64,000 nt of DNA from positions 6,022-70,021 of the forward strand of contig JAFQDC010000007.1 in the NCBI GenBank assembly GCA_017416205.1, read 5' to 3'. Position 1 is the first letter of the stretch; every line of letters starts with the position of its first letter. Position numbers and translations under genes: made by a program. Source of the stretch: Clostridia bacterium. Lineage in GTDB: Bacteria > Bacillota > Clostridia > Oscillospirales > CAG-272. Positions 22,375 to 31,715 of this stretch are shown one piece after another. The notes below the pieces were generated by a model, which ran no database searches, was not told the DNA's origin, and was given only the letters and a program-made list of their open reading frames with translations.

Positions 22375-22448
22375 AATTTCACTTCCTTGCGTAGTCATAA
22401 CTATACATTTTGATTATATCACACACAAGGATTTATTGCAAGACTATT

Positions 22449-23189
22449 TTATGTCTGAAACTCTTTCATAGCATCTGTAATACCTGCTGAAATACAAAGA
22501 GCCAAGGATTTTTGATAATCGCTGTCCTTCAGCATTTCAAGCTCAGAGCTATTGGAAAGAAAACCGCACTCCACAAGCACCGCAGGCATCTGCGAGCGAT
22601 GCAAAATATAAATATTGCTCCCTGCTCTTTTGATCTCTCTCTCGTTGTCATTTTGTAAGGAATCCTTCACAGTTGACTGTATCCTTAACGCCGCAGTTAT
22701 GCTGTCACTGTTGTTGGCCGAATAATAGACCTGAAGGCCCTTGTATTCTTCATCGGCAAATTTGTTCATATGGATACTGACGAATAATTTACATTCCGAT
22801 TCCTTTGCAATACGCACTCTGTTTTTCAGATCATAGGTTTTCTTAACTCCGGAATAATCATTAAGATCGCTGTATGCATCATATAGCATTACATCATCTT
22901 TTCTGGTCATTTCGCATTTGATGCCCGCAAAAGTAAGAATATCGTATACCTTTTTGGCAACGCTGAGGTTCAATTCCTTTTCAAGAGTACCGTCACCACC
23001 TATACATCCGCCGTCCTCGCCCCCGTGCCCGGGGTCTATAACAACGGCAACGGACGGCTCATCATAAACCGTTGCAACAGTACTTGCCTTCTCTCCTCTG
23101 TTTTGAACAAACAAGAATCCCCCCGCAGCTACTATCATTGCAGTTGAAAGAGCAATAAAGCTAAGTGACCATTTAATAATATGCCTCAT
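22449..23189 (-). CDS. cwlD: N-acetylmuramoyl-L-alanine amidase, CwlD-like
   Basis: N-terminal TM segment, Amidase_3 motifs IDPGHGGEDGG, SIHMN and ECGFLSN. About 240 aa, as for germination-specific CwlD. Confidence 0.75.
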   Translation of the reverse strand: MRHIIKWSLSFIALSTAMIVAAGGFLFVQNRGEKASTVATVYDEPSVAVVIDPGHGGEDGGCIGGDGTLEKELNLSVAKKVYDILTFAGIKCEMTRKDDVMLYDAYSDLNDYSGVKKTYDLKNRVRIAKESECKLFVSIHMNKFADEEYKGLQVYYSANNSDSITAALRIQSTVKDSLQNDNEREIKRAGSNIYILHRSQMPAVLVECGFLSNSSELEMLKDSDYQKSLALCISAGITDAMKEFQT

Positions 23190-23280
23190 AAATCCGACCT
23201 CCGTTTTTCTCCTTAAATGTATATGACGGAGACTGTAAAAATAGCATACGCAAAAAAAATATGATATAATTATAAAAAAA

Positions 23281-23306
23281 TGTAACCTTTTACAAAATTT
23301 GACGAG
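23281..23306 (+). promoter_or_regulatory. candidate ECF-type (sigX-like) autoregulated promoter
   Basis: TGTAAC (23281-23286), 16-nt spacer, CGAG (23303-23306). Resembles the TGTAAC-N17-CGAC consensus reported for B. subtilis SigX. Lies 33 nt before the sigma gene. Confidence 0.35.
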
Positions 23307-23338
23307 TTATATAGTAGAGGGGCAAAGGAGGTGGGAAT

Positions 23339-23908
23339 ATGAATAATCTGTCTGATGAAAAAATCGTTGAGCTGTATTTCCAGCGAAACGAGCTTGCAAT
23401 TTCTGAAACTGCAAAAAAATACTCGGGATACCTTGAAAAGGTAGCGTTCAATATTTTATCAGACCGCGAAGATGCTAAGGAAAGCGTCAACGATACATAT
23501 CTCGCCGCCTGGAATTCCATTCCCCCGAACCGCCCAAATATACTTTCCACCTATCTTTCAAAGCTTACAAGGAGAATATCCATAGACGCCTTCAGAAAAA
23601 AGAACCGAGACAAAAGGAAAGCAGGTGAATATGCCCTGTCTCTTTCTGAGCTTTCCGATCTTAATTCAACTTCCCATCAACCAAACGAAGAAATGGAAAA
23701 CCGGCTTCTCAGCGAGAAGATCTCTGATTTCTTACGTGGCTTAAAGCCGGAAGCAAGAAACGTGTTTATAGGGAGATATTATTACTTTGACTCTGTTCGC
23801 GATATTGCCGGATACTGTAAAATATCAGAATCAAAGGTAAAAACACTCCTTCACAGAACACGGACAGATCTTCGCAAATACCTTGAAAAGGAGGGATTTT
23901 ACATATGA
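23339..23908 (+). CDS. ECF-type sigma-70 family RNA polymerase sigma factor
   Basis: AAAGGAGG SD. Region 2 DAKESVNDTYLAAW. Region 4 HTH IAGYCKISESKVKTLLHRTRTDLRKYL. 189 aa. Confidence 0.85.
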   Translation: MNNLSDEKIVELYFQRNELAISETAKKYSGYLEKVAFNILSDREDAKESVNDTYLAAWNSIPPNRPNILSTYLSKLTRRISIDAFRKKNRDKRKAGEYALSLSELSDLNSTSHQPNEEMENRLLSEKISDFLRGLKPEARNVFIGRYYYFDSVRDIAGYCKISESKVKTLLHRTRTDLRKYLEKEGFYI

Positions 23909-25671
23909 ACGAAGAAAAGATAATCGATGCAATAGGAGATATTGATGAATCCCTGCTGCTTGAAACCCATAATCTGAGAATACGGAAAAGAACAGTTTTT
24001 CCTTATAAAGCCGCGGCTGTCATTGCAGCCTGTATTTTACTTACTGTAGCGTTGCTCCCCTGGAAAAGGATGCTTTCAGGAAACGATCCTTCCGTAACAG
24101 ATGCGCCAAATACAGACGTTCTCCAAAACGATGAAACCTCATTCTTTGATACAACCGACAAAAAGGATGACTCTCCCATCGCAGTTCCCGAAAGCACGCA
24201 CGGTGATACTCAAAGAAGTACACAATCCCCCGATATTCCCGATGCAGAAGATGCGGTCACCACTTTCACCCCTGCCGTTACTCTTCCCCCTGCTCCCGAT
24301 GTTCAAAAGTCTCCGGAGACCACGGGACCGTATATTGAAAGCCCTGATGAGACCGACACAGAGGATACCACTGCTGTTGAAAAAGAAACTACAGGCCCTG
24401 TTATTCCCGAAACGCCTTTGACTCCCGATCACGGCATAGTCCTGCCTCAGTATCCCACGATACTGTCACGAGCATTATATCCTGTACAAGATCAGTACCC
24501 AACATCAGAAGCATTACGCAAGGAATGGAGAGAAATAACCGCTGTTAGGATCAATTACTACAAAGACAGAATAGGTAATATTGACAGCTTTATGGCCCGT
24601 ATGGCACAACAGCTTTTTGCTAATTATCAGAATAGCAATTTCGTTTATTCTCCTGTGAATGCATATTTATCCTTGGGAACCCTTGCGGAAGCTACCGCTG
24701 GTAACAGCCAAGCACAGCTCCTTGAACTACTGGGAGAAGAAGACATATACAGTCTAAGAAGAAGTGCAGAAAGTGTTTGGAATGGCTGTTACCGCGATGA
24801 CGGTATAGTTACAAGCATACTCGGAACATCTATGTGGTTCGATGATATGTTTGTTCCAAATACTTCCGTCACCGAAGTTATTTCTGATTACTATTATGCA
24901 TCATCTTTCTGGGGAAATATGGGTGAAGAGAATTACGATAAACTGATGCAATCATGGATCAATGAACAAACTAACGGACTTCTCAAGAATTCTGTATCAC
25001 AATACAAATTCAATACGCTTGACGTAATGTCAGTGGTATCAACAGCATATTTCAAGGCAGACTGGTCCTCAGTATTCGCTAAACAATATACGAGAAGCGC
25101 TGTATTCCACTCTCCAAACGGTGATATTACAGCTAAATTTATGTACCGCGGAGAAAGTGAACTGTATTATGAAGGTGAAAACTTTAGTGCAACGCGCCTG
25201 CAATTTAAAGAGGGTGGATCAATGTGGTTCATTCTTCCGGATGAAGACGTAAATCTGCAAAGCCTGTTCAAAGACACAGAAGCCGTAGACTTTATCACAG
25301 GGAAAGTACAAAAAGATACTTCTTCCTTTAAAAGCTCCAAAATACATTTGTATTTGCCGAAATTTGATATAACCACAGATATTGATCTCAAAAACAATCT
25401 TATAAATATGGGTGTAACTGATGTTTTTGATGATTTAAAGGCTAATTTTTCACCCTTGACAAATAAAGATATATACGCCAAAAATCTCTGTAGCTCTGTA
25501 AGACTACGCATTGACGAATATGGTTGCGAAGGAGTAGCAGTCACAAAGTGGACCGGCGGTATTGGTGGAGCTCAGCCAATAACCTTTAAAATTAACAGAC
25601 CCTTTATTTTTGTAGTTATAAGCGACGTTGGGCTTCCTTTATTCGTAGGAACGGTTAATTATCCTAACTGA
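23905..25671 (+). CDS. membrane-anchored serpin in the anti-sigma position (short cytoplasmic N-terminus, 1 TM, Pro/Thr/Asp-rich linker, serpin domain)
   Basis: The start overlaps the sigma gene stop (ATGA). N-terminus IIDAIGDIDESLL, RIRKR, then one TM segment. C-terminal about 400 aa carry serpin motifs (NFVYSPVNAYLSLGTLAEATAGNS, hinge EYGCEGVAVT, INRPFIFVV). Confidence 0.8.
   Translation: MNEEKIIDAIGDIDESLLLETHNLRIRKRTVFPYKAAAVIAACILLTVALLPWKRMLSGNDPSVTDAPNTDVLQNDETSFFDTTDKKDDSPIAVPESTHGDTQRSTQSPDIPDAEDAVTTFTPAVTLPPAPDVQKSPETTGPYIESPDETDTEDTTAVEKETTGPVIPETPLTPDHGIVLPQYPTILSRALYPVQDQYPTSEALRKEWREITAVRINYYKDRIGNIDSFMARMAQQLFANYQNSNFVYSPVNAYLSLGTLAEATAGNSQAQLLELLGEEDIYSLRRSAESVWNGCYRDDGIVTSILGTSMWFDDMFVPNTSVTEVISDYYYASSFWGNMGEENYDKLMQSWINEQTNGLLKNSVSQYKFNTLDVMSVVSTAYFKADWSSVFAKQYTRSAVFHSPNGDITAKFMYRGESELYYEGENFSATRLQFKEGGSMWFILPDEDVNLQSLFKDTEAVDFITGKVQKDTSSFKSSKIHLYLPKFDITTDIDLKNNLINMGVTDVFDDLKANFSPLTNKDIYAKNLCSSVRLRIDEYGCEGVAVTKWTGGIGGAQPITFKINRPFIFVVISDVGLPLFVGTVNYPN
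24460..25668 (+). other. serpin domain (predicted extracytoplasmic)
   Basis: Positive-inside residues before the TM segment place the C-terminal part outside the cell. Serpin motifs as listed for the CDS. Reactive-centre loop at about 25516-25578. Confidence 0.7.
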
Positions 25672-25723
25672 ATATTTTAATTGAATAAGCAATATTTTAT
25701 AAACCAGAGAAAGGAATGCAATT

Positions 25724-26530
25724 ATGAAAAAATTAATATCCATCCTGTTGGTGCTTTCAATGATCTTCATCAGCACCGGAACAGTTTTTGCGAGCGACTC
25801 ACAGGAAGACTCCCCCGCCTACTCACTGGAAGAGCTCTTCGCAGATTATCACGAGTACTCCCTCAGCGAAATGGTTAGGTTCATTGGTGCTAACAAAAAA
25901 ATCTACAGTTTTGTTGAGTATTTCAGAGATGCTGCTCAACCTTCTATTATGTATCCCGAATCTATATTTTTCATTAACGCGCAAAGAGATGTAGAATTCA
26001 CGGGTGCGGAGAAACGTTCCGATCCCAGAGTTTACGGAATAAATTGTAACATAGATTTCTTCAAGTATTTTTACAACACAGCACGTGTCACATCGCCCAC
26101 TGATTCTTCAATGAAAGGAAAGATACTGTCAGGCGAACGCGGAAACAGACTTATGCCCATTGAGCTTAACAAAGAATTCGTAGAATATGTATGCTCCCTT
26201 GACCGTATTGAAGGCAATAGACTGATAGTTAATTTCTTTATGAACATATATAATCAGGAAGAGGTCGTAGGTATCTCATGGTATTTCAATGGATTTGTTT
26301 ATCCCGAAGATTGGGATTTCAGCGACTATGTTTCTCCTCCCCGCTTTGTTAACAGCGGTGACTGTAACGGAGACGATCTTGTCAGCGGTGCAGACGGATA
26401 TTTGCTGAAGAGCATTCTCAGCGGAAACGACGACAGCCGTATCGATCCACTTACAGTTGATATAGCTTGTGACGGAGAACTGAACGCAAAAGATTCTCTT
26501 GTTCTGAAGGAAAAAATTGTTATAGGATAA
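25724..26530 (+). CDS. secreted dockerin-containing protein, unknown N-terminal domain (paralogue 1)
   Basis: Signal peptide MKKLISILLVLSMIFISTGTVFA. C-terminal duplicated Ca-binding segments GDCNGDDLVSGAD and DIACDGELNAKD, typical of dockerins. Confidence 0.7.
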   Translation: MKKLISILLVLSMIFISTGTVFASDSQEDSPAYSLEELFADYHEYSLSEMVRFIGANKKIYSFVEYFRDAAQPSIMYPESIFFINAQRDVEFTGAEKRSDPRVYGINCNIDFFKYFYNTARVTSPTDSSMKGKILSGERGNRLMPIELNKEFVEYVCSLDRIEGNRLIVNFFMNIYNQEEVVGISWYFNGFVYPEDWDFSDYVSPPRFVNSGDCNGDDLVSGADGYLLKSILSGNDDSRIDPLTVDIACDGELNAKDSLVLKEKIVIG

Positions 26531-26620
26531 GTTGATTTTGCAATTTAATGACTGCCGAGAGAAAACTGTCGGCAGTCCTATGCAAATTTTCTAATAAATT
26601 AACAAATGTGAGGTGAAATT

Positions 26621-27529
26621 ATGAAAAGAATAGTTTCTATCCTGTTGGTGCTTTCAATGATCTTCATCAGCACCGGAACAGTTTTTGCAACCGAATTGGA
26701 AGCAGACAGCCCAAGCTACGCCCTGGAAGATTTTTTTAAAGACTATCATGAATATTCACTCAGCGAAATGATTAGATTCATCGGTGCTAATCCCGCTGCC
26801 TACGGCTACGTTGAATATCTCAGTTATAATTATATGGGCTTAGATGATTACAATTACGATTACGACCTTTGGACAACAATTCACGTATCGGGAGATTTTA
26901 GCCAAACTAGCGCAAGGTCTAAAGTATTTAGCCAGTTTGCTGCTAAAATCAACACAGAAAAATATATGACAGAAGATAACACAGAAACCTACCGATACCT
27001 TGATTATTGTGTAATAAACACTTCACGTCCTTCAAGTCCCAGTTCATATATGAAAAACTTTAGTATTCTTGTAGGAGACAAAGGAAATATATGCTTTCTT
27101 ATAGAAATCAAAAATGAATTTATAAAGCATTTAAAATCTCTCGATCGTATAGAGAGAAACAGGAAAATTCTCAATTTTTTAATGAATCTGATGGACGATG
27201 AATTTGTAGGCGTTTCTTTTTCATTCCTTGACGATCCTATGATTTATAATGATTATGCTTCCTATGCTTCTACCGATACTCCTTCTACTTTCGTTAATAC
27301 TAATAGTTCTTCTTTTACTTATATCAACCCTGACACTTGTGAGCCCATTGTTAATGGTGACTGTAATGCAGACGGCAGCGTCAACGGTATAGACTCCTAT
27401 TTGATGAGAGGCACTCTCAGCGGTAATGACGACAGTTGTATAGATCCCCTTGCAGTTGATATATCTCGTGACGGAGAACTGAACGCAAAGGATTCCCTTG
27501 CTTTAAAAAGAAAAATTACTATAGGATAA
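26621..27529 (+). CDS. secreted dockerin-containing protein, unknown N-terminal domain (paralogue 2)
   Basis: GAGGTG SD. Signal peptide nearly identical to paralogue 1. Shared EYSLSEM.RFIGAN block. C-terminal GDCNADGSVNGID and DISRDGELNAKD. Confidence 0.7.
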   Translation: MKRIVSILLVLSMIFISTGTVFATELEADSPSYALEDFFKDYHEYSLSEMIRFIGANPAAYGYVEYLSYNYMGLDDYNYDYDLWTTIHVSGDFSQTSARSKVFSQFAAKINTEKYMTEDNTETYRYLDYCVINTSRPSSPSSYMKNFSILVGDKGNICFLIEIKNEFIKHLKSLDRIERNRKILNFLMNLMDDEFVGVSFSFLDDPMIYNDYASYASTDTPSTFVNTNSSSFTYINPDTCEPIVNGDCNADGSVNGIDSYLMRGTLSGNDDSCIDPLAVDISRDGELNAKDSLALKRKITIG

Positions 27530-27590
27530 GTAACCTTAGTATATTTTTACCTCCTTTGGTAACGGGGCTGTAAAAACAGCCCCAAAATAA

Positions 27591-27633
27591 AAAGACTACT
27601 CTATCAAAAAAGATAAAGTAGTCTTTCTTTTTT
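27591..27633. terminator. bidirectional terminator closing the sigma/serpin/dockerin unit and the convergent DUF3048 gene
   Basis: AAAGACTACT / 16-nt loop / AGTAGTCTTT followed by CTTTTTT. A second hairpin GGGGCTGT/ACAGCCCC lies at 27564-27583. Confidence 0.6.
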
Positions 27634-28789
27634 ATTTATCCTTCCAGTTATCGTCAAATACGGTATAGGAAGCATTATATGTAGGAACTACGTTGATCAT
27701 AGTCTTTCCGCGGTTGAACGCCACCTCTGTACCGTCTGCACGGAAGAACTTTAGAACTGCTCCTGCTGATTCCTTTTTCCAGGTTATCTTTTCGTATCCA
27801 CCTTCTGTTATGAACCAGCCCTCACCCGTGCCTGTTGTACCAACGTTGATACGATCCTTTTCATCTCCGGGAATAGCTGCCGTATTAGTATAAATAAGAA
27901 CAACGTTCTTAAAGGCAAGCTGCTTATCTATAGCTGCATCCATATGGGGCTGCCCGTTATACTGATAACGAAGATACTCACCTGTTTCTTCAGAATAAAC
28001 GTAATCGACCTTCTGATAGCTTGACATTACAACCCTTACGTGCTTTGCCTTTGTATCGGGAGATACTGTTGTTCCGAATTCTGCGAAGTTCATAGGCTTT
28101 TCATAGCCTGCACTTTTCTCCGTGCGGTATCCGTAATAAGATACTGCCTTTGAAAGAAGCTCGCCGCTTTTCAGCATAAGGGTATGTTCATAGCTGAATT
28201 TCTTGCTTCTTTCGGGATCTCGTATAAAGCACGAGCCTGATCCTGTCTGGTTTTTGCCGCTTACATCGTCAATATTATTCGTTTTTCTGTTTGCAATAGT
28301 ATTATAAGCATACGTACTGCCGCCTGCATGAACGAATATACAGTCATATCCGTCAGCATAGTCAATATAATAATCTCTTGCACTTCTGACAGAGCCTACC
28401 TTTGAAAGCTTTTCATACTCCGTTGATATCATCATAAGTCTGGTGATACCGCCCTCGGCAAGGCACTCGTACATAATATCAGCCTGAGCGATTCCCTCCT
28501 GAGGAAGGCTCACGTTGATATTATTGATCATCACGGATGCAGGACGCTTCTTTGAAAGATCCTTATCTACGCCAAGGCCTGTGAGCGGATTGAAAAACTC
28601 AGGGACTTTGGGTTCTTCGGGGGCATCAGTCTCGGGGAGCGATTCCGTTGTCTCCGCTGTAGTATCTTCAACTGTGGTGTCCTCGAGTGTTGTATCGTCG
28701 GGCTTTTCTGCCTTTTTGAGACAGGCACAGCAAAGAACCAGCGCCGCACATACTATCAGAATAAGAACACTTATTTTTTTAGCATTCAT
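27632..28789 (-). CDS. DUF3048 (YerB-like) lipoprotein
   Basis: Signal/lipobox VLCCAC, acidic linker, then RPASVMINNI...ADIMYECLAEGGITRLM, typical of the YerB family. Confidence 0.7.
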   Translation of the reverse strand: MNAKKISVLILIVCAALVLCCACLKKAEKPDDTTLEDTTVEDTTAETTESLPETDAPEEPKVPEFFNPLTGLGVDKDLSKKRPASVMINNINVSLPQEGIAQADIMYECLAEGGITRLMMISTEYEKLSKVGSVRSARDYYIDYADGYDCIFVHAGGSTYAYNTIANRKTNNIDDVSGKNQTGSGSCFIRDPERSKKFSYEHTLMLKSGELLSKAVSYYGYRTEKSAGYEKPMNFAEFGTTVSPDTKAKHVRVVMSSYQKVDYVYSEETGEYLRYQYNGQPHMDAAIDKQLAFKNVVLIYTNTAAIPGDEKDRINVGTTGTGEGWFITEGGYEKITWKKESAGAVLKFFRADGTEVAFNRGKTMINVVPTYNASYTVFDDNWKDK

Positions 28790-28790
28790 A

Positions 28791-29111
28791 TCAGTCGCCT
28801 ATAAGTCTCTCAAGCCAGATGATACCAAGCTCAAGGGCTTCATTCAGGCCTGTCTTAAGGTCCTGCTTAACGATACGCTCACCGTCGGAAAGTGACGTAT
28901 CGGTCTTTGTGATCTGAACAATGATCTTATCGGGTACCATCTTACCCATATATTCCTTCTCATTCATAATAATGAGCTGAAGAACATAGTCATCCTCAAT
29001 GTTTCCGTATATAATGGTATTTCCTTCGCGAACAAGGGGACGGTCTTTATACATAAGGTAATCGCCCTTTACAGTTGCCGCTTTGAGAACTTCTCTCATT
29101 TCGTCTGTCAT
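28791..29111 (-). CDS. hypothetical small protein
   Basis: 106-aa ORF ending 1 nt before the DUF3048 gene start, so likely co-transcribed. No family recognised. Confidence 0.5.
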   Translation of the reverse strand: MTDEMREVLKAATVKGDYLMYKDRPLVREGNTIIYGNIEDDYVLQLIIMNEKEYMGKMVPDKIIVQITKTDTSLSDGERIVKQDLKTGLNEALELGIIWLERLIGD

Positions 29112-29252
29112 AACTTACCTCCGTTAGTTGTAAAATATAGCTTATGATACTATATTTTGTGGATTTTGTCAAGGTAAACAGCGTTATTTCCTCTTGATTG
29201 ACGTGTCAATATATGTTAAAATTGGATAACATAAGAAAGGCTCGGTGATATT

Positions 29253-30323
29253 ATGACAACAGTTTCAAATAAACTCTTTGACACTCTCCCCGACGGTCGT
29301 GAAGTATATGCTTATACGATAGACGGAGGATGCGGTGTTGTTGCTACAATACTGAACTATGGCGGTATTCTCAATTCTCTTTTCGTTACTGATAAAAACG
29401 GTATTTCAAAGAACGTTGTTCTCGGATATGAAAAGATCGAGTACCACGCAAAGCGCGGTGCATATTACGGCGCTCTCGTAGGAAGATGCGCAAACAGAAT
29501 AGGCAAGAGCCGCTTTATCCTTGACGGGAAAGAGTATATTCTTCCCAACAATGATAAAGCCAATCAGCTTCACGGAGGACCCGAGGGATTTTCGTACAAA
29601 ATATGGGATGTGACTGTTAATTCCGATAACAGCCTGACGCTTACACTTGACAGCCCTGACGGTGATATGGGATACCCCGGAAATTTAACTGCAAGGGTCA
29701 CATATTCCGTAGACGGCAGAGCCCTTGAAATACGATACGAGGCTACAACAGACGCTCCCACTATAGTTAATCTTACAAACCACGCTTATTTTGACATTAC
29801 AGGCGCCGGAAGCGGACGGACACTTGAGCAGATACTTTGGCTTGACTGCGACAGAATGAGCGATACAGACCGTGAGCTTATCCCAAACGGCGAGATAATT
29901 CCCGTTGCAGGCACTCCCTATGATTTCACTACTCTAAAGGCTGTAGGCCGTGACATTGAATGTGATTATAAGCTTCTCAGATACTTTAACGGCTACGATA
30001 CCAACTATTTCAAAAAGGATTATCAGAAAAAGATTTCACCCATTGCCACTCTGACTGATCCCCAAACAGATCTTTCAATGACTGTTATGACTGACCTGCC
30101 CTGCGTTCAGCTCTATACTACAAATTCCGTTGACGAGGGAGCTCCCGATTTTGCAAGCGGAGCTGTACACACGCTTCATTGCGGTGTTTGTCTTGAAACT
30201 CAGGCGGCTCCCGATGCTATAAATACAGGAGATTGCGACAGCGTTATCCTTCGCCCCGACGGAAAATATGAAAGCTACACAGCATTCGTTTTCGGAGGTA
30301 CAGATGAACAAGCAGATACTTGA
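29253..30323 (+). CDS. galM: aldose 1-epimerase (galactose mutarotase)
   Basis: GRCANRI, NQLHGGPEGF and NHAYF blocks. 356 aa. Confidence 0.9.
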   Translation: MTTVSNKLFDTLPDGREVYAYTIDGGCGVVATILNYGGILNSLFVTDKNGISKNVVLGYEKIEYHAKRGAYYGALVGRCANRIGKSRFILDGKEYILPNNDKANQLHGGPEGFSYKIWDVTVNSDNSLTLTLDSPDGDMGYPGNLTARVTYSVDGRALEIRYEATTDAPTIVNLTNHAYFDITGAGSGRTLEQILWLDCDRMSDTDRELIPNGEIIPVAGTPYDFTTLKAVGRDIECDYKLLRYFNGYDTNYFKKDYQKKISPIATLTDPQTDLSMTVMTDLPCVQLYTTNSVDEGAPDFASGAVHTLHCGVCLETQAAPDAINTGDCDSVILRPDGKYESYTAFVFGGTDEQADT

Positions 30324-30948
30324 CACAAAGGAGCTTTTCATTTTTGATCTCGACGGTACGATAACCGATACCGAGCCCTGCCATTTTGAAGCATACCGCA
30401 GAACACTCCTCTCACTTTGCGACACAGTTCTTACAAAAGAAGAGTTCCTTCGCTGCTACGTTGGCCATCCCGAGACAGAGATATATGCCCTCCTCAGAAA
30501 AAACAGGGGTATTGACTTTGATGATGATCTTTTTTTCAAAACCCGTATTGACAATCTTTTTGACATAGTTGCTGAGCGCGGAATGGAAACAGCACCCTTT
30601 TACAAGCAGCTTGAAGAAATGTATCCCGACAGACATTTTATTGCACTTACAAGCCAGCGAGAGTCTGTTCTTAAGCGCTTCAGAGAGGTCGTTGACTACG
30701 GAAAAATCAAGACCTTCATCAGTGTTGCCGACAAGCCTTATTCAAAGAAGGACGTTCTTGCCGATACTGAAAGGTATCTTGGATATCCTCAGTCAAAGGC
30801 TGTCATTTTTGAGGATTTTGCTCCTACAATGAAGGCTGCTATGGAAAACGGTGTTTACGCAATCGGTGTTAAACACGATTTCAATGTACTTTACGATGGT
30901 GACTGCAACGAATCTGTAGATATACACAAAGAAGCTGTTTTTTATTAA
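30304..30948 (+). CDS. HAD-superfamily hydrolase
   Basis: GGAGGT at 30294-30299, then ATG 30304. Motif I FIFDLDGTITDT. Overlaps the galM end by 20 nt. Confidence 0.75.
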   Translation: MNKQILDTKELFIFDLDGTITDTEPCHFEAYRRTLLSLCDTVLTKEEFLRCYVGHPETEIYALLRKNRGIDFDDDLFFKTRIDNLFDIVAERGMETAPFYKQLEEMYPDRHFIALTSQRESVLKRFREVVDYGKIKTFISVADKPYSKKDVLADTERYLGYPQSKAVIFEDFAPTMKAAMENGVYAIGVKHDFNVLYDGDCNESVDIHKEAVFY

Positions 30949-30986
30949 AATATTTAGATTCAAACAAAACATTAAGGACATAATAT

Positions 30987-31019
30987 TAGGGACTGCCTTT
31001 GCAGTCCCTATTTCTTTTC
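30987..31019 (+). terminator. rho-independent terminator
   Basis: TAGGGACTGC / CTTT / GCAGTCCCTA followed by TTTCTTTTC. Confidence 0.75.
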
Positions 31020-31031
31020 TGTGGAGCTACT

Positions 31032-31706
31032 ATGATCAGAACAAAAAGCTATTCTGTTGGGTTCAAGGTACTTATTTCTTTCTTTGCTCTTCTCGGCATC
31101 ACACTTCAGACGGGTCTTTACAAGGGAACCTTTGACATCGGAGTATTCCGTATGTTTACAAACATATCAAACCTTGCGTGCGCCGTTTATTTTATTTTTG
31201 CAGCATCCTTTATTGCATTTGACAAAAGGCGCAACGGCGGCGCGTCTCCCTGTCCCCTTATAAAAGGGATATGTACTATGTCAATTACCCTGACCGGGAT
31301 AGTTGCTTCTGCCGTCATTGCAGGTGAATTCAGCCTTACTACGTCTGAAGGTATCGCAACTATTCTTCTTCACATAATTACTCCCGTTATGATAATGGCA
31401 GACTGGCTCCTCTTTGATATTAAAGGACGTTATCGCTCATTTTTTCCGTTAATATGGCTTCTGTCACCTGTAGTATACTTTGTCTATATAATGGTAACCT
31501 CACGTTTTATGGAAAAAGGTGAAAGAATGCGCTTCCCCTATCCATTTCTTGATTATGAAATGCTTGGTATTCCTGCTCTTATAACGGTAGTTGCGGTGAT
31601 CACCGTAATTTACGTTTTGATTGGTTATTTGTGCTTTGGAATTGACAAAAAAATGGGATATCTTGAAACTGATCCCCCTCATATAAAAGTCTTAAATCAT
31701 GGATAA
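31032..31706 (+). CDS. polytopic membrane protein (possibly Pr6Pr family)
   Basis: ATG 31032 follows the terminator; the track start at 30999 lies inside it. About 6 TM spans. The family call is tentative. Confidence 0.6.
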   Translation: MIRTKSYSVGFKVLISFFALLGITLQTGLYKGTFDIGVFRMFTNISNLACAVYFIFAASFIAFDKRRNGGASPCPLIKGICTMSITLTGIVASAVIAGEFSLTTSEGIATILLHIITPVMIMADWLLFDIKGRYRSFFPLIWLLSPVVYFVYIMVTSRFMEKGERMRFPYPFLDYEMLGIPALITVVAVITVIYVLIGYLCFGIDKKMGYLETDPPHIKVLNHG

Positions 31707-31715
31707 GTGCAGATA

